From assembly GCF_009914755.1 (NCBI RefSeq), contig NC_060946.1: DNA of 64,000 nt; one strand, 5' to 3'. The notes under the pieces are model-generated. The model ran no database searches, was not told the DNA's origin, and saw nothing but the letters and a program-made list of their open reading frames with translations. The translations under genes and the position numbers were made by a program. Source of the stretch: the human T2T-CHM13v2.0 reference genome, Homo sapiens. Positions within the stretch are counted from its first letter, which is position 1; every line of letters begins with the position of its first letter. Below, in pieces: positions 1 to 43,450 of this stretch.

Positions 1-49
1 AAACAAGCAGGGATCTATGCTGTATGCCATGCTATTATTGGGGAGGAAA

Positions 50-879
<830 letters not shown>

Positions 880-1481
880 TTTCCCCTGCTGCAGACTTTC
901 CTAGAAGTTTCAGATATTAAAAGCTGAGTTGGTGGCTATGGAGATAAGAGCCAGATTCATAACGAGGGATCTACAAATGGGGAGAAGAACATAGATAAGA
1001 ATAGGAATGAATAAGCTGAAAGGAACAGGTCTGAGCACATTTCCCCTTATCCTGTTAAACACACATCCCATTGCTGGGACAAGGTCAGTACAGCAGAAGG
1101 AATGCACCTCTTTTGTTTGATGGAGAGTGTTTAGCTTGTTCTTTAACAGGTGCAGCTTAGGCACTATTTGTCCCAGTGGATTTACACAGACCAGCCTTAT
1201 CCACCAATGATCACACAAACTCCTCCTTTTGAGGCTGTCAGTGTGTCCAGGGTGCAACAATTTTGGAATACAGCAGAAGCTAAGCTATTAACTTCTTTTG
1301 TTGTGGTTGCTGTTGTTGTTTTGAGACAGAATCTCACTTTGTTGAGTGCAGGCTGGAGTGCAGTGGTGCGATCATGGCTTGCTGCATCCCCAGCCTCCTG
1401 GGCTCAAGTGATCCTCCCACCTCAGCCCCCAGAGTAGCTGGAACTACTACTATGCCCTACTAATTTTTAAACTTTTTGTAG

Positions 1482-2097
<616 letters not shown>

Positions 2098-2350
2098 AAG
2101 TCTACAAGTCAAGGAATACCAAGGATTTCCAGCAACACCAGAGAGGCCGGCCCACGCCCGGCCTGACTCTTACTGTTAATCACTAGTTTTGCATTTCTCT
2201 TGAGGAACTAGTCAGGAGGAGAAAACCTAGACAGCAGCTCTCCTGGTCAAGACCCAGTCATTCAGAAGCCTAAATGGCATGCCTAGGTGCTTGGCTTTAA
2301 ACTGTTAGCAGGTATGGAGTGCTCTGATTGTGTTTTAGAATAATATTCTG

Positions 2351-2806
<456 letters not shown>

Positions 2807-3916
2807 CTAGGCCAGGAAGGCACTCTTCTGCGGGGGGATAGGTCTTAAATGGGGACCATGGGATTGGGTGCAGTGGCTCATGCCTGTAATCTCAACACTT
2901 CAGGAGTCTGAGGCAGGAAGACCACTTGAGCCCAGGAGTTGGAGACCAGCCTGGGCAACATAGTGAGACCCTGTCTCAAAAAAAAAAAAAAAAGACAATT
3001 TAAAAACTAGCCAGATGTGATGCCTGTGGTCCCAGCTACTTGGGAGGCTGAGGTGAGATGATCACTTGATCACTTGAGCCCTGGAGGTCAAGGCTACACT
3101 GAGCCATGATCATCCCACTGCACTCCAGCCTGCGCAACAAAGTGAGACTCTTATCTCAAAAAAGGCGACAGGTGGGAACCATGGGGAACCAGAGAAGCAA
3201 AGCTATTCTCAAGTTTTCCAGTAACCATCCTCTTGCCAATGGTCTTTCTCTGAATCTTGGATTTGGGAATAGGATTTTCCTGCCTTGGGAGGCTCCCTTG
3301 GGAAATGGGAGTGTCACAGCCACAGGCATCAAAAGCCCTAGAGTTGCACTTGAATAGTGGGTAGAAAGTTCTGTGCAATGCCAGGCACTGTTGGAAACCT
3401 CTGGGTAGGGCTTACAGGGCCTTAGCCATCTGTGGGAGGCATTAGCTGGAGTGTAATAAATATGACCCTCAGGACTGGGGAGAAACAGCTCATTCCTTCA
3501 TGAGGTGTGGGGCTGGCAGCCTTGCAGGCAGCCAGCCACCCTTCCCCTCTGGCCTCCATCCTGGGCACTGAGCCAGGCACTGGGTAAGAAGGCTGCTGCA
3601 CCTCCTTTCTCCTCTTCCCTTTTAGAGAGAAAGATACCCCCAGCCGAGGATCCCAGAAAGGCGAGAGCAGACGCGCCATTGATTGGCCCAAAGTTCTCCG
3701 GAGCCAACCTTTGAGCAAGGAGGGCGTGGCTGGGCTCCAGTCTCCTAGTGAGGTGCACCACTGCAGGCTTGGTGACCCAGCCGTTCCTGCCCGCTGCCCC
3801 CAACCAGCCGTTCCTGCCCACAGTTCCTGTTCCCGGGCCTGTCCCCGGGTTTGTCCCCAGGGCCCGTCCCCTGGGTTTAGGTCTACCCTCCCTCGCCCCA
3901 CCCCATCGCCCTCGCC

Positions 3917-8047
<4,131 letters not shown>

Positions 8048-8519
8048 GCGAGCCATGGAGGGCAGGGACATCTCCCAAGATGCCAAGGGATGCTGCTTTC
8101 ACTTTACAAAATCCTGTTTAGACCTGAGACCAAATCCTGGAATGCCAGAGACTGCCTAATTCACCCAACTTGTTTCCTAGGAGGGAAACCAAGGACCAGA
8201 GCCAAGGAAGGATTCCCCTAATATGCCTTAATTCCAGAGCTATGAGCAGTTAATCCTATGCTCTTTTGCATACTCCAGGTTGCCTGGGAATCTTGCCTTT
8301 AGGGGGAGAAAATAAACAAACCCTCACTTTGCTACACACATAATTCGTAGATGGAGAAGTATGAAGTGAAAAAAGTCAAACTAGGAAGAAGTGAGGAGAC
8401 ATTTCAATAAACGTTTGTCTGATGTCTCGGTATGAAAGGACTTTCTAACCCTCAGAACAGTGGGAGAACTCAACAAAGAAATAACCACTACATGCCAGCT
8501 GCGGTAGCATCTGTAATGA

Positions 8520-9505
<986 letters not shown>

Positions 9506-10089
9506 ACCACAATTTCAATCATATTTAAAATGTACAATTCAAGTGATTTTGCCACACTAACCACAGACTCATGTTTAAGCCACACCAACGGATTTCCATG
9601 TTTTAAATAACATATTTTGCCACCCCCTAGTGGACAGTGGCTCACCACCGGCACAAGGGGCTACATAGGCAGTCAATGGGAACCAGGCGGGGACGGGAAA
9701 TGTCGTGAACCCAACGGTCCCTGCCCAGCCCCACCCGCGTCCGCAACGTGTAACCACATCTCCTGACTGCCCAAGAGAAGCGCAGATTTCCATACTGAAC
9801 ATGAAATTGCCTGACTTCGAAATGGTGGCAAATCATTAAAAAAAATTTTAAACTCACTTTGCATTGGTTATTAGGGTCGAACTTGGGGAAGACCCCTACA
9901 GGTGTGTGTGTGTCTGTATGTTAGGGGTGTTCAGACCTTTAATAGGGCTAGAAACCAGGCAACCACACCGCGGAAAGCTTGAGGAGAGGGAAATCCACCA
10001 GACGCCAAGCAGGAGGGTCAGGGAAGAGACAGGGTGGGGCCACTACCGGGTTAAAGACTTGTAGTGGGTGGGGCTACACGTAGGGCCGA

Positions 10090-11039
<950 letters not shown>

Positions 11040-11158
11040 GCAGGCCATTTAGGCTTCTGAATGACTGGGTCTTGACCAGGAGAGCTGCTGTCTAGGTTTT
11101 CTCTTCCTGACCAGTTCCTCAAGAGAAATGCAAAACTAGTGATTAACAGTAAGAGTCA

Positions 11159-13166
<2,008 letters not shown>

Positions 13167-13335
13167 CAGCCACATTTATTAATTTCACTCTTGGCAAACA
13201 TCAGGGGGAAGCTGACCCACACGGCCTGGGAAGGGGGTTGTCTTTTGCATAGAGACCATGACCAGGTCTGGGACAGAGGAAAGTCAAATAAATCACACAT
13301 TAGAGTTAGAAGCAGAGGCTCAGGCTGAGCCCAGG

Positions 13336-13341
13336 TTTATT
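13336..13341 (-). terminator. GSTT1: GSTT1 polyadenylation signal AATAAA
   Basis: tttatt on the + strand about 250 nt after the stop codon; a second minus-strand AATAAA lies at 13175-13180. Confidence 0.75.
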
Positions 13342-13589
13342 ATCCAAAATCAAAATGAAATGCAGTGATTAAAGGACACAAGGCCTCAGTGTGCATCATT
13401 CTCATTGTGGCTTTCAGGCGGCTGTGGAAGACAGGGTGGGGATGGTGGCTTCGGGAGGTGAGGTGCTCTGGGACTTGGGCAAGTCTTAAGCAAGCCATTC
13501 CTGCTTTCTGGGCCTGGCTCCCATGGGCCATTAGAAATGAAAATGCTTTGTGGACTGCTGAGGACGGTGCAAGGGTGAGGTTTCCCAGC

Positions 13590-21388
<7,799 letters not shown>

Positions 21389-21600
21389 AGTGGGGACCGA
21401 CCGACCTGACCGGAAACCAGAGGGAGTCAGCAAACTCCAGTGCCAGGACTCGGGTCTCGGACCTCAGACCACGCCCCTGCGGCTACGCACCCCGACCGCT
21501 GTGCCCCATTGGGCGGCACGGACGCCTGGGACACTCTTTAGTCCAATTGCGGGCGGCGGGCGGCCTGTCTCAGGGCTGGGCCCGCCTGGCTCCTGTGGGA
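21389..21600 (-). promoter_or_regulatory. GSTT1: GSTT1 5' UTR and GC-box promoter
   Basis: CCACGCCCC 21469-21477; GGGCGG at 21511, 21551 and 21558; CCAAT/ATTGG at 21508 and 21543; CpG-rich, no TATA. Confidence 0.7.
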
Positions 21601-23161
21601 TCAGGGTGGGTGGCCAAGAGACCGTTGTCTCTCAGGGGGACGCACAGAGAGGCCCCAGTCCCATCCCTTTCGTGCCTGGCTCGCTCATTTCACTTAGCAT
21701 AATGTCTTCAAGGTGCATCTGTGTTGAAGCGTGTGTCAGAATTTCCCACCGTCCGCATTTTAGAGGAGGAGACAGACACTGAATGATTATAGACCCAGAA
21801 AGTCTGGCTCCAAAGTCCATCCTCTTGGCTCAACACTGCAGAGTCCTTGGTGCCAGCAAGTGGCAAAGCCTCAGGGCTTACGTTCAGTGTTTTGTGGTCA
21901 CTCGCTTCACTGCAGTCGCACTCCCTGGAATGTCACAGCCTTGGTCTTCCTGCCCCTGCCAGCACAGTGCCATCTATCGCATTCCCTGGGTTTATTTCTT
22001 CCTTTCTCCAGGCCTGTGTTTCTCCATCTTTAAAATGACAGGGAAGCTAGAGCCCTCCAGAGTCCTTGCAAGTCCACCCCCCTGGATTCATCTGCTGAGC
22101 CGTAAGCCCAGGCCTGCCCCTTGCTGCCATGGAGCCTGTCAAATAGTATCAGGGTCACATGTCATTTTCTAAAACGAATCCCACTGAAAGTGTGTCAGCC
22201 AACGCATAATGTTTTCTAGAGAATAAGGAACATTTCTGCAAATAAAGTGGAAGTAACAACTGTTTTATTTTATTTAGATAGAGTCTCACTCTCTTGCCCA
22301 GGGTAGAATGCAGTGGCATGATCACAGCTCACTACAGACTCCAACTCCTGGGCTCAAGCCATCCTCCCATCTCAGCCTCCCCAAGTAGCTGGGACTACAG
22401 GTGCGCACAAAGACGCCCAGCTAGTTAAAAAAAATTTTTTTCTGTAGAGGCAGGGTCTCACTATGTTGCCTAGGCTGATCCTCCCACCTCTGCCACCTGC
22501 TGGGATTACAGATGTGAGCCACTACAACTGGCCAGTAATAATGATTTTTAACTGGAAAAAAAATTAAGGAAAGATGAGAAATTCAGATTTCCATGTTAAA
22601 GTTTTGAAAGGAGGTAGACACTCAGAGAAGGCAATGGCTGCCTTATCCTCACCTCTGGATAACTCCAGTCAGAGGCCCAAGGAGGAGCTGTCAGGATTCT
22701 GGTTCAAGGCTCAGCCTGTCTTTTAAGTTCAAAACCTAATTTGGGGCGGGAGTGGTGGCTCATTCCTATAACCCCAGCACCTTGGGAGGCTGAGGCCGGC
22801 GGATCACCTGAGTTCAGGAGTTTGAGACCAGCCTGGCCAACTTGGTGAAACCCTATCTCTGCTAAAAATATAAAAATTATCTGGGCGTGGTGGCATGCAC
22901 CTGTAATTCCAGCTACTCAGGAGGCTGAGGCAGGAGAATCGCTTGAACTCTAGAGGCAGAGGTTGCCGTGTGCCAAGACTGCGCCATTGCACTCCAGGCT
23001 GGGCGACAAGAGAGTAACTCCAACTAAAAAACAAAACAACTAATTTGGTCCACGTTTCAGGATTGATCATTTTCTTTGGGTCTGACTCACATAAACCAAC
23101 TCACAAAGGCTGTATTTATTAATTTATAGAAACAAGATAAAAGTGAGAGTGTGTGGGATGA

Positions 23162-23477
<316 letters not shown>

Positions 23478-24650
23478 TAGACAGAATGCTCCCAACCATT
23501 GCTCAGTGCTCTCTTGGCAGTGTAGTCTCCTAGGAAGCCTCGTGGGTGTTACTGGCCAGGACCAGGTCCGTTCTGCCCATGCACAGTAAATTAATCACTG
23601 TGACATGAGTTTTGCAAAAGACTAAAGATTTATTCACAAGGGTGCCAAGCAAGGAGGTAGGATAATAGCTCTCAAATCCACCTCCCCGAAAATAAGGCTT
23701 AGGGATAAGCCTTGCTTCCAAGCAATAAAGCACAGACCCCAGTCACACTCAAGGGGAGGGGGCTATACAAGGATGTGAATACCAGTCTGCCTGCCTCGTG
23801 GGCCTACAACGCAGAAGGGCCATGCACTTGGTTTAAAACTTTGTTGTTGCTGTCTTGACATTCTTAACAATTTAAAAATAAGGGTCCCCACATTTTCATG
23901 TGTAGCCAGTCCTGTCCAAGGAGTCCAAAGAGGTCATGAGGGTGGACAGGTCACTGTCTCCTCTGGGCAGTGATGGGGCCACTAGCAGTTGTTCTGTAGT
24001 CTCCTAGCCCCTACCCCAGGGCCACACCTTCCCCATGGTCTCTCACATTCTTTTTTTTTTTTTTTTTTTTTTTTTTTGAGACAGGGTCCTGCTGTTGCCC
24101 AGGCTGGAGTGAGTGCAGTGCTGCAAACTCAGCTTACTATAGCCTCGACCTCCTGGGCTCAAACAATCCTTCTGCCTCACCCTCCTGTGTAGTTCGGATC
24201 ACAGGCACATGCCACCATGCTTGGCTAATTTTTTGACTTTGTAGAGAGGGCATCACACTTTGTTTCCCAGGGTGGTCTTGAATTCCTGGGCTCAAGTGAT
24301 CCTCCCACCTCAGCCTCCCAAAGTGCTAGGATTATAAAGATGTGATCCGCCGCCTCGGCCTCTCTCACATTCTTGGCATTTAAAGTTACCGTCATTGACA
24401 AGGAACATGGGTACACTCCAATTTACTCAAGAAAAAAACTCTTTTCTCCATTGAAGAGATATGTGGCCTGGCTGCTTCCTACTCTAGTTGAGGTCTTCTT
24501 TTTGTTTCCTTTTTCTTCTTCTCTCTTGTTTTTTAGAGACGAGGTCCTGCTGCGTTGCCCAGGCTGGTCTCAAAGTTCTAGCCTCAAGAGACCCTCCTGC
24601 CTTGTCCTCCCAAAGTGTTGGGATTACAGGTGTGAGCCACTCTGTCCAGC

Positions 24651-24815
24651 CTCAAACTGTGGTCATTAGATCAGCAGCAGCAGCAGCCTTGCCTGGGAGC
24701 TTGTTAGAAATATACTAACAGGCTCCCACCCCCAAACCCAGACCTACTGAATCAGACAGAGTCTGTATTTTCATAAGATCCTCAGATGATCCAAATGCGC
24801 CTTAAACTTTGAGGA
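24651..24815. mobile_element. MER5A-like hAT DNA transposon fossil
   Basis: Motifs cctgggagcttgttagaaat, ccagacctactgaatcaga and aagatcctcagatgat. Confidence 0.7.
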
Positions 24816-25165
24816 GCTTTGATCCAGAACCTGGGCTGGAGGCCCCTGGGGGCCACTCTGTTCCTCACAGACTGCAAGGTATGTTTTTTTCTTGCCTCTT
24901 CTCTCTGTCCTAATGTCTCCTTCTCTCTGTGTCTGACCCTGAGGACCCTATGACATCTTCCCAGGGGAGTTTCCACTGTCAAAGAGCTGATTCTCTCTCT
25001 CTTTTTTTTTTTTTTGAGACGGAGTTTCGCTCTTGTTGCCCAGGCTGGAGGGCAATGGCGTGATCTCGGCTTACCGCGACCTCTGCCTCCCAGGTTGAAG
25101 CGATTCTCCTGCCTCAGCCTCCCGAGTAGCTGGGATTACAGGCATGCATCACCACGCCCAGCTAA

Positions 25166-25309
<144 letters not shown>

Positions 25310-25849
25310 TGATTCTCTAGAATCTGATGGGCTCTTCTAGACAGCAATCTCTACCTGGGCTCTTGTTGAAGAAGCCAATCAGCTCATTGGTTGGAGGTCA
25401 CATGATATAAAACATGGCCATCTTCCAAGCCCTATGTGTGGACAATGAGATAGGGACAAGTAGGCATATCACGTTCTGATACCTGGACCCACATCTGTCG
25501 CTGGGCCCACGTCTGTCCTCAGGCCCCCAGGATATACTTTTATGGGGAGTTTTCCTCCCTTCCCCCAATGTGGTCACTCATAACTTTACACCCAACAGTC
25601 AAACAGGAGTGGAAGCTACAGAGTTTCACGCAAACAATAGGCTAGGCTGTGGGACTGAGTAAAAGGCACTGGACTGTGGTAGGTCTTACTCCAAGATGGC
25701 CAAATGGAAGGGCTTTTAGCTTTCTTTGTTTTTGTTTTATATCCTGAGACAAAATGTTCAATTTCTACACTTTAGAATAAAAAGAGCCATATTTTATGTT
25801 TCATATTTTTTGTGTGCTTCCTTTCATACTCTTTTGAACAATGCAATCA

Positions 25850-31620
<5,771 letters not shown>

Positions 31621-31722
31621 TTTGGAAACTGGAAGGATCTGTAACCACCACCCACTTCCACATCAGACCCTATGCATACGCCAACTGTCTGTTGCTCAGC
31701 AGCTGTGATGTTGTTCCAGTTC

Positions 31723-31728
31723 TTTATT
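31723..31728 (-). terminator. AATAAA polyadenylation signal of the GSTT4-type gene
   Basis: tttatt on the + strand about 95 nt after the TGA at 31824. Confidence 0.65.
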
Positions 31729-31823
31729 AGGCAAAGAACAGTTGTTTTTTTAGCATTTCCTTTAAGGAAGGTGGCTCAGATCATTGAGCCAGCCAGGCCC
31801 TGCAGGATGGGCTGCGATTAGGG

Positions 31824-38974
<7,151 letters not shown>

Positions 38975-39428
38975 GTTGAGACACATGCCAGGCCCCACAG
39001 CCGCAGTTGGCCAGCCACAGACCTGGGCCTATGTCTGGCCAGAGTCCCTGGCCCTGTGCCCTCTCCGATCTGGGCCCAGGATCCTGTGTTCCCCAGGGAA
39101 ACCTCTTGTTTCCCTTTGTGTTGTCATAAGGCCAGGAAGCCTGCAATTCTCACAGCATCAAGGATTCTAAGGAGGCCCAGGAGTAGGCTGGGGAGAGGCC
39201 CGTGGCAAAGGTGTGGCAGCCGTGACCCTACTCTCCCCCTTCCACGTGTGCCTGTGCCCCGTGGTGCCACCTCACAGACACCAGTCTGAGAAGGGATTAT
39301 GCCTGGGAATTCCCACGGCTGGATTTTCATTGCAGAACCTGACGAAAGGGGCTTTGCAGGGTCCAGAATGAAGAGGAGGCAATGAGAATTATCCCTGGAG
39401 GATTCTAGAAGTAGAGGCTGGGAGTATC

Positions 39429-39538
39429 CACAGGTAAATCGAGCCTGAACTATGACTAGAAAGGAATTGGGAGAAAGAGACACAGGTGAATCGAGCCTGA
39501 ACTATGACTAGAAAGGAACTGGGAGAAAGAGACACAGG
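39429..39538. repeat. 52-bp tandem duplication (about 2.1 copies)
   Basis: cacagg recurs at 39429, 39481 and 39533; the two full units differ at 2 positions. Confidence 0.9.
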
Positions 39539-39823
39539 AAACTGTGAGCTTTGGGAGCAATGGGGACACCACCACCAGGAAGTCAGGGGGCACTCAGCCG
39601 GTGTGTGCCACACAGAGGAGCCTAGAAACTTCCTGGCCTTGGTTGGGGCTGCAGTGGCCAGACTGTGTACCTGGTGGCCAAGGAAGGTAACTAGAGCCCC
39701 ACGTAGAGGACTGAGTGCCACTCACTCTATGCTGTGATCTAATAGGTCTAGGCTGAGAAATGGGACTGACCCCACTTCTGGTGACAGAGTAAGCCTGGAG
39801 ACAAGCGAAGAGCATGCAGTGTG

Positions 39824-41916
39824 TTTATTGCAGACAGCAGGGTGCAGTGGAGTGGGCTGCACCCACTGCACCTGCTTCTGGGCCAGCTGGGGGTCCCGCC
39901 AAGCCTCACTGTGGTTCAGAGGCTGGAGTATGAGCTTGTGGGCCTCCAGCAAGAGCTCAGTACCAAGGGCAGCCGCCACACGGGCCTGCCACACTGCCAG
40001 CCGGGGCAGTCTTGGAAGAGGTCGCAGCCAACGGCAGTGGGCTGGGAAGACAGGGCAGCTGGGGTTGGGGCTCAGCCCCATGCCCAGAGTCCCCCCAGAG
40101 GGCAGGTGGGTAGGAAAGCTTCACCTGCATCACCTCCGTCAGCACCAAGTCTTCCAGGGAGATCTGCTCCATTGCCAGGAAGGGCCTGGCCACCAGCACC
40201 CCCCAATCCAGGTGCTGCAGGGCTGGCATCAGCCTCCCCAACAGCCGCTCCAGCTGTGCAGCATCTGCAGGCTGTCCGGAGAAGTGGGGCAGGAGAGACT
40301 GGGCTGGGAGGAGAGGAGCAACTTAACCCAGACTCTTGGAAGCCTCTTGGGCCTCCTCTCCATCCCTTCCCGGCTGCCACTCATTAGTGATGTCCTCTGG
40401 GGCTCTGTGTTCAGAAGGTTTCTAAGGATTCATTCAGGCTTAGGGGAAGGAGTACTGTGATAGATTAGTTATGTCTGCTGAGGACAGTGGAAGTGAAGCT
40501 AATATGTAATATGTACCAACTGGTGCCTTCCATCTCTGGGGGTCCAGGCCCCTGCCCCAGCCTGCATGACAGGGCCTAGGAAGCTCACCTTGCACAGGTA
40601 GACATTGGTGGCAGGCAGCTGGATGGTGACATGCTTCCACGCCAAGTACTCATCCACGCAGGTGCGGGCTTGCAGCTCAGGTGGGTACCAGTGTCCCCGT
40701 ATCTGGTACTTTCGACTCAGGTATAAAACGATGACCATGCTGTGGGCAGGGGGTGTCAGAGATCTTTTCTCCAGCCTGTCAGGGCCAGGTGGCTTCATTG
40801 CTCATACTCAGGGTGATTTGACCAGGTTTTCTCCCCACCTTCACCTTCAGGGGAGGACCTCCCCTATACTGCAACTCCCTCCAGGCAGTATCTCCCCACG
40901 ACCAAACCACTCTGTTTCTCCATTTCCAACTCTGATCCTCCCTGGGCCCATGTTTCCACCTCCCCTCCCAGTTACCATACCATCCTGCCCTCTGTGCCCA
41001 GGCCCCACTCCCTGGCATCAGGGTCCCCACTCAGAGTGCCTGCCGTGTGGGCCCTGCCCAAAAGGTCTCCAAGTTCCCTTCCTAGTGCCCCAGAACACTA
41101 GGTGCCCATTTTCTATCCTCAGGTAAGCCCTGGGAGGTGGATACATTATTCCTCCCACTCCGTTTTACAGAGGAGAAACCTGGCACACAAAGTTCTGTGA
41201 TTTCCCCAAGGGCATGGATTGAGGAAGTGGTGAGCTGGGATTGAATGTGGAGTCTCCCCTGGGTCTGCCCAGCTCCTAGGACTCTGAAAGGATGAGCTGG
41301 GGACATTTGGGGAGGAGCCAGCCTCAAGCCTGGGCCTTGCCCGCTGGCTTCAGGTTGTCCAGGTTTATCCGGGTGACCTACGTCCTTTCCCCACCTGGGC
41401 AGCTCCAGCTGGCTCAGACTCTAGCCAGGTTCCAGCCTCCAGCTTTAGCCCAAAGGTGCCCCTGGGTCCAGCCTCTGCATCGGAGCTACACAGGCTGAAA
41501 TGAGGAAGGGGCCTCAGTGATTTGGAAAGATCTCCAAGCCAAGGAAAGATCTCCCCTCTCGCCTCTGCCTCCCCCTACAACTCTGAGCCCCAGAACCCAG
41601 GCAGATCCTGGCTCTGACCCTGGGTGGGCACCAGGTCACCATTACCTCTTTGCTAGTAGGAAGTCGCCATCTCTGAGGGCAGGCACCTTCCCCAGGGGGT
41701 TCACCTTCAGGAACTCAGGCTTCAGGTGCTCCCTTGGTGGGCAGAAAGGAGAGAAGGCTCAGTGTAGGGCCTGGTCCTTGGCACCCACTCCATGGGGCCC
41801 AGCCCAGCCACCTGGCTCACCCCAAGCCAACTCCACCATCCACAGCTCAAAAGGGATGTCATTCTGTCTTGCAAAAGTGGATAGTGTGTCAGGTCCAGGA
41901 AGAGCTCAAGCCCCAT
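39824..41916 (-). pseudogene. Compact, divergent theta-class GST pseudogene with all five exons
   Basis: Exon 1 41916-41821 (96 nt, 16 short of 112, Ser11 region lost); exon 2 41733-41646 ([29 protein letters not shown], acceptor AA instead of AG); exon 3 40739-40589 (151 nt); exon 4 40298-40125 (174 nt, SLLPHFSGQP...ISLEDLVLTEVMQ); exon 5 from 40041 (PTAVGCDLFQD, 1-nt frameshift near 40005, then PRLAVWQARVAAALGTELLLEAHKLIL); AATAAA at 39824-39829. Confidence 0.9.
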
Positions 41917-42789
41917 TGCTGCTCCTCTCACCTGCCCTCCCCAGAATTCTGGACCTCCAGGAGTTGCTCAGCCCTTCTCCACTAGTTCTGAGCTGTTTCC
42001 TCTCCATAGTCTGCTGTAGTGGGCCAGAGCACAGGGCAGATTTGTCTTCAGGGACTTTCTCTGGGCATTCCTGGGCAGAGAACTTCATCTTCTCTGTTAA
42101 CTCTTGCTGATAATTCTCTGTAGCTAGGCACCTTGTAAAACCCATGTCCCAGAATGCCAAACCTGGAAATGCAATGTCAGCGCCGAAACTGCATTGAAAC
42201 TGAATGAATGAGGTCCCCACCCTCTTATCTAAATATCCTATCAGTCTGTTGAATGTCAAAGTATGTAGGGGTGGTGTGGGGGAGCCTATAGGGAGTCTCC
42301 ATTTCTGTAGCTTTCCACATGTTCCATGCAGAATTTTCCTCTAATGACCCTTGGACACCGTGGTGGTCACTGTTTCCCTGCATAAACCTTTGATGATCCT
42401 TATCTTTAGCGTACCAGTGAAACACCAAATTCAGATTTTCAGTCTGTGCAGTCTATGTAGTTAATAAAATCAATTTCTAATGGAATATGCCTGTGCCTGG
42501 TGTGTTTGTACCTAACCACTGCTAAGGACTTTCATTGATAGCTAGACCTTGGAGTTCCTTCCCCTGGACCCCTGACCCAAGTATTTTGCACTCATTCCTC
42601 TGCCAGTGTGTTTCATGGTGTCCTGCTTCCCAGAGTGCCTCAGGGAATGCTTGCATTGGATATGAATGAATCGTTGCGGTCACCATGGATGGGATTCAGG
42701 CCTAACTCTCACCAAGACCATAAGGCCACAGTCTTTGATATAGATTCCCCATGTTAAATCTGCCATCCTCAGTGTAGTGAGAGTGATAT

Positions 42790-43450
42790 TGAGAGAGAAA
42801 AGTTAGGTAATTAAGGTGGGTCCTTGGTAAAACTCCTTTAAACAGAGGAACAGCCTGAAAAATCAGGCTTCAGGCACAGATAAGGAAACTTGCACAAACC
42901 TCTGGCTCACTCAGATAAAGGAACAATGCCCAACACAGAAACACCTTTGATCTTTGTGCCTAAGGCATGCCCACAGCTACTTTGATAAGGGAACAAGACC
43001 CAGCATAGAAATGCCTTTGTCCTTTGTATAACCAGTGGGCTTCCAGGAAATAGTCTCTTCTCCTTTTGTGGACATGTACACGGTGGGCTACAGTGGGTTC
43101 CAGTGGGCACTTTCCTTTCTTGGACGTGCTTTAGAATGTGAGCCTCTGATTGGTCCTGGGCCAGGCTATCACTTCAGCTCCTGATTGGTCCCTCAAGGTC
43201 CAGGGGCCAAGCTGAGTAGTGCTTTCTCCAAGACCAGTCAGTACATTCCTTCCTTTCCCAGTCCATAAAACCCCCTGACCCAGCCTCATAATGGGCAACC
43301 TGCTTGGGCCCCCCGCCAGCTGCAATGAGCTTTCTTCATTTGCTTATTAAACTTTTGCTTCAACCTTACCCTTTGTGTCCACACTCCCTAATTTTCTTGG
43401 TCGTGAGACAAAGAATTCTGGGTGATACCCCACAATGAGAGACTGGTACA
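42790..43450 (+). mobile_element. ERV1 LTR, MER50-like
   Basis: TG...CA termini; motifs gtgggtccttggtaaaactcc, aacagcctgaaaaatca, repeated ctgattggtcc, a cataaaa TATA-like box and an attaaa poly(A) signal; followed by ttgtggtgca (PBS-like). Confidence 0.75.

Noticed and set aside
3777-3819. 16-bp direct repeat CCAGCCGTTCCTGCCC upstream of GSTT3P exon 1
   Set aside because: Real but only two copies, in the promoter of a dead gene, with no recognisable motif.
21424-21432. TGCTGACTC half-MARE/ARE-like motif near the GSTT1 start
   Set aside because: Does not fit the full TGACnnnGC ARE consensus; cannot be supported.
39429-39538. Direct repeat considered as a CRISPR-like array
   Set aside because: Only two adjacent units, no spacers, eukaryotic context.
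39819-40460. 213-aa and 188-aa plus-strand ORFs
   Set aside because: Antisense shadows of GC-rich pseudogene exons 4-5.
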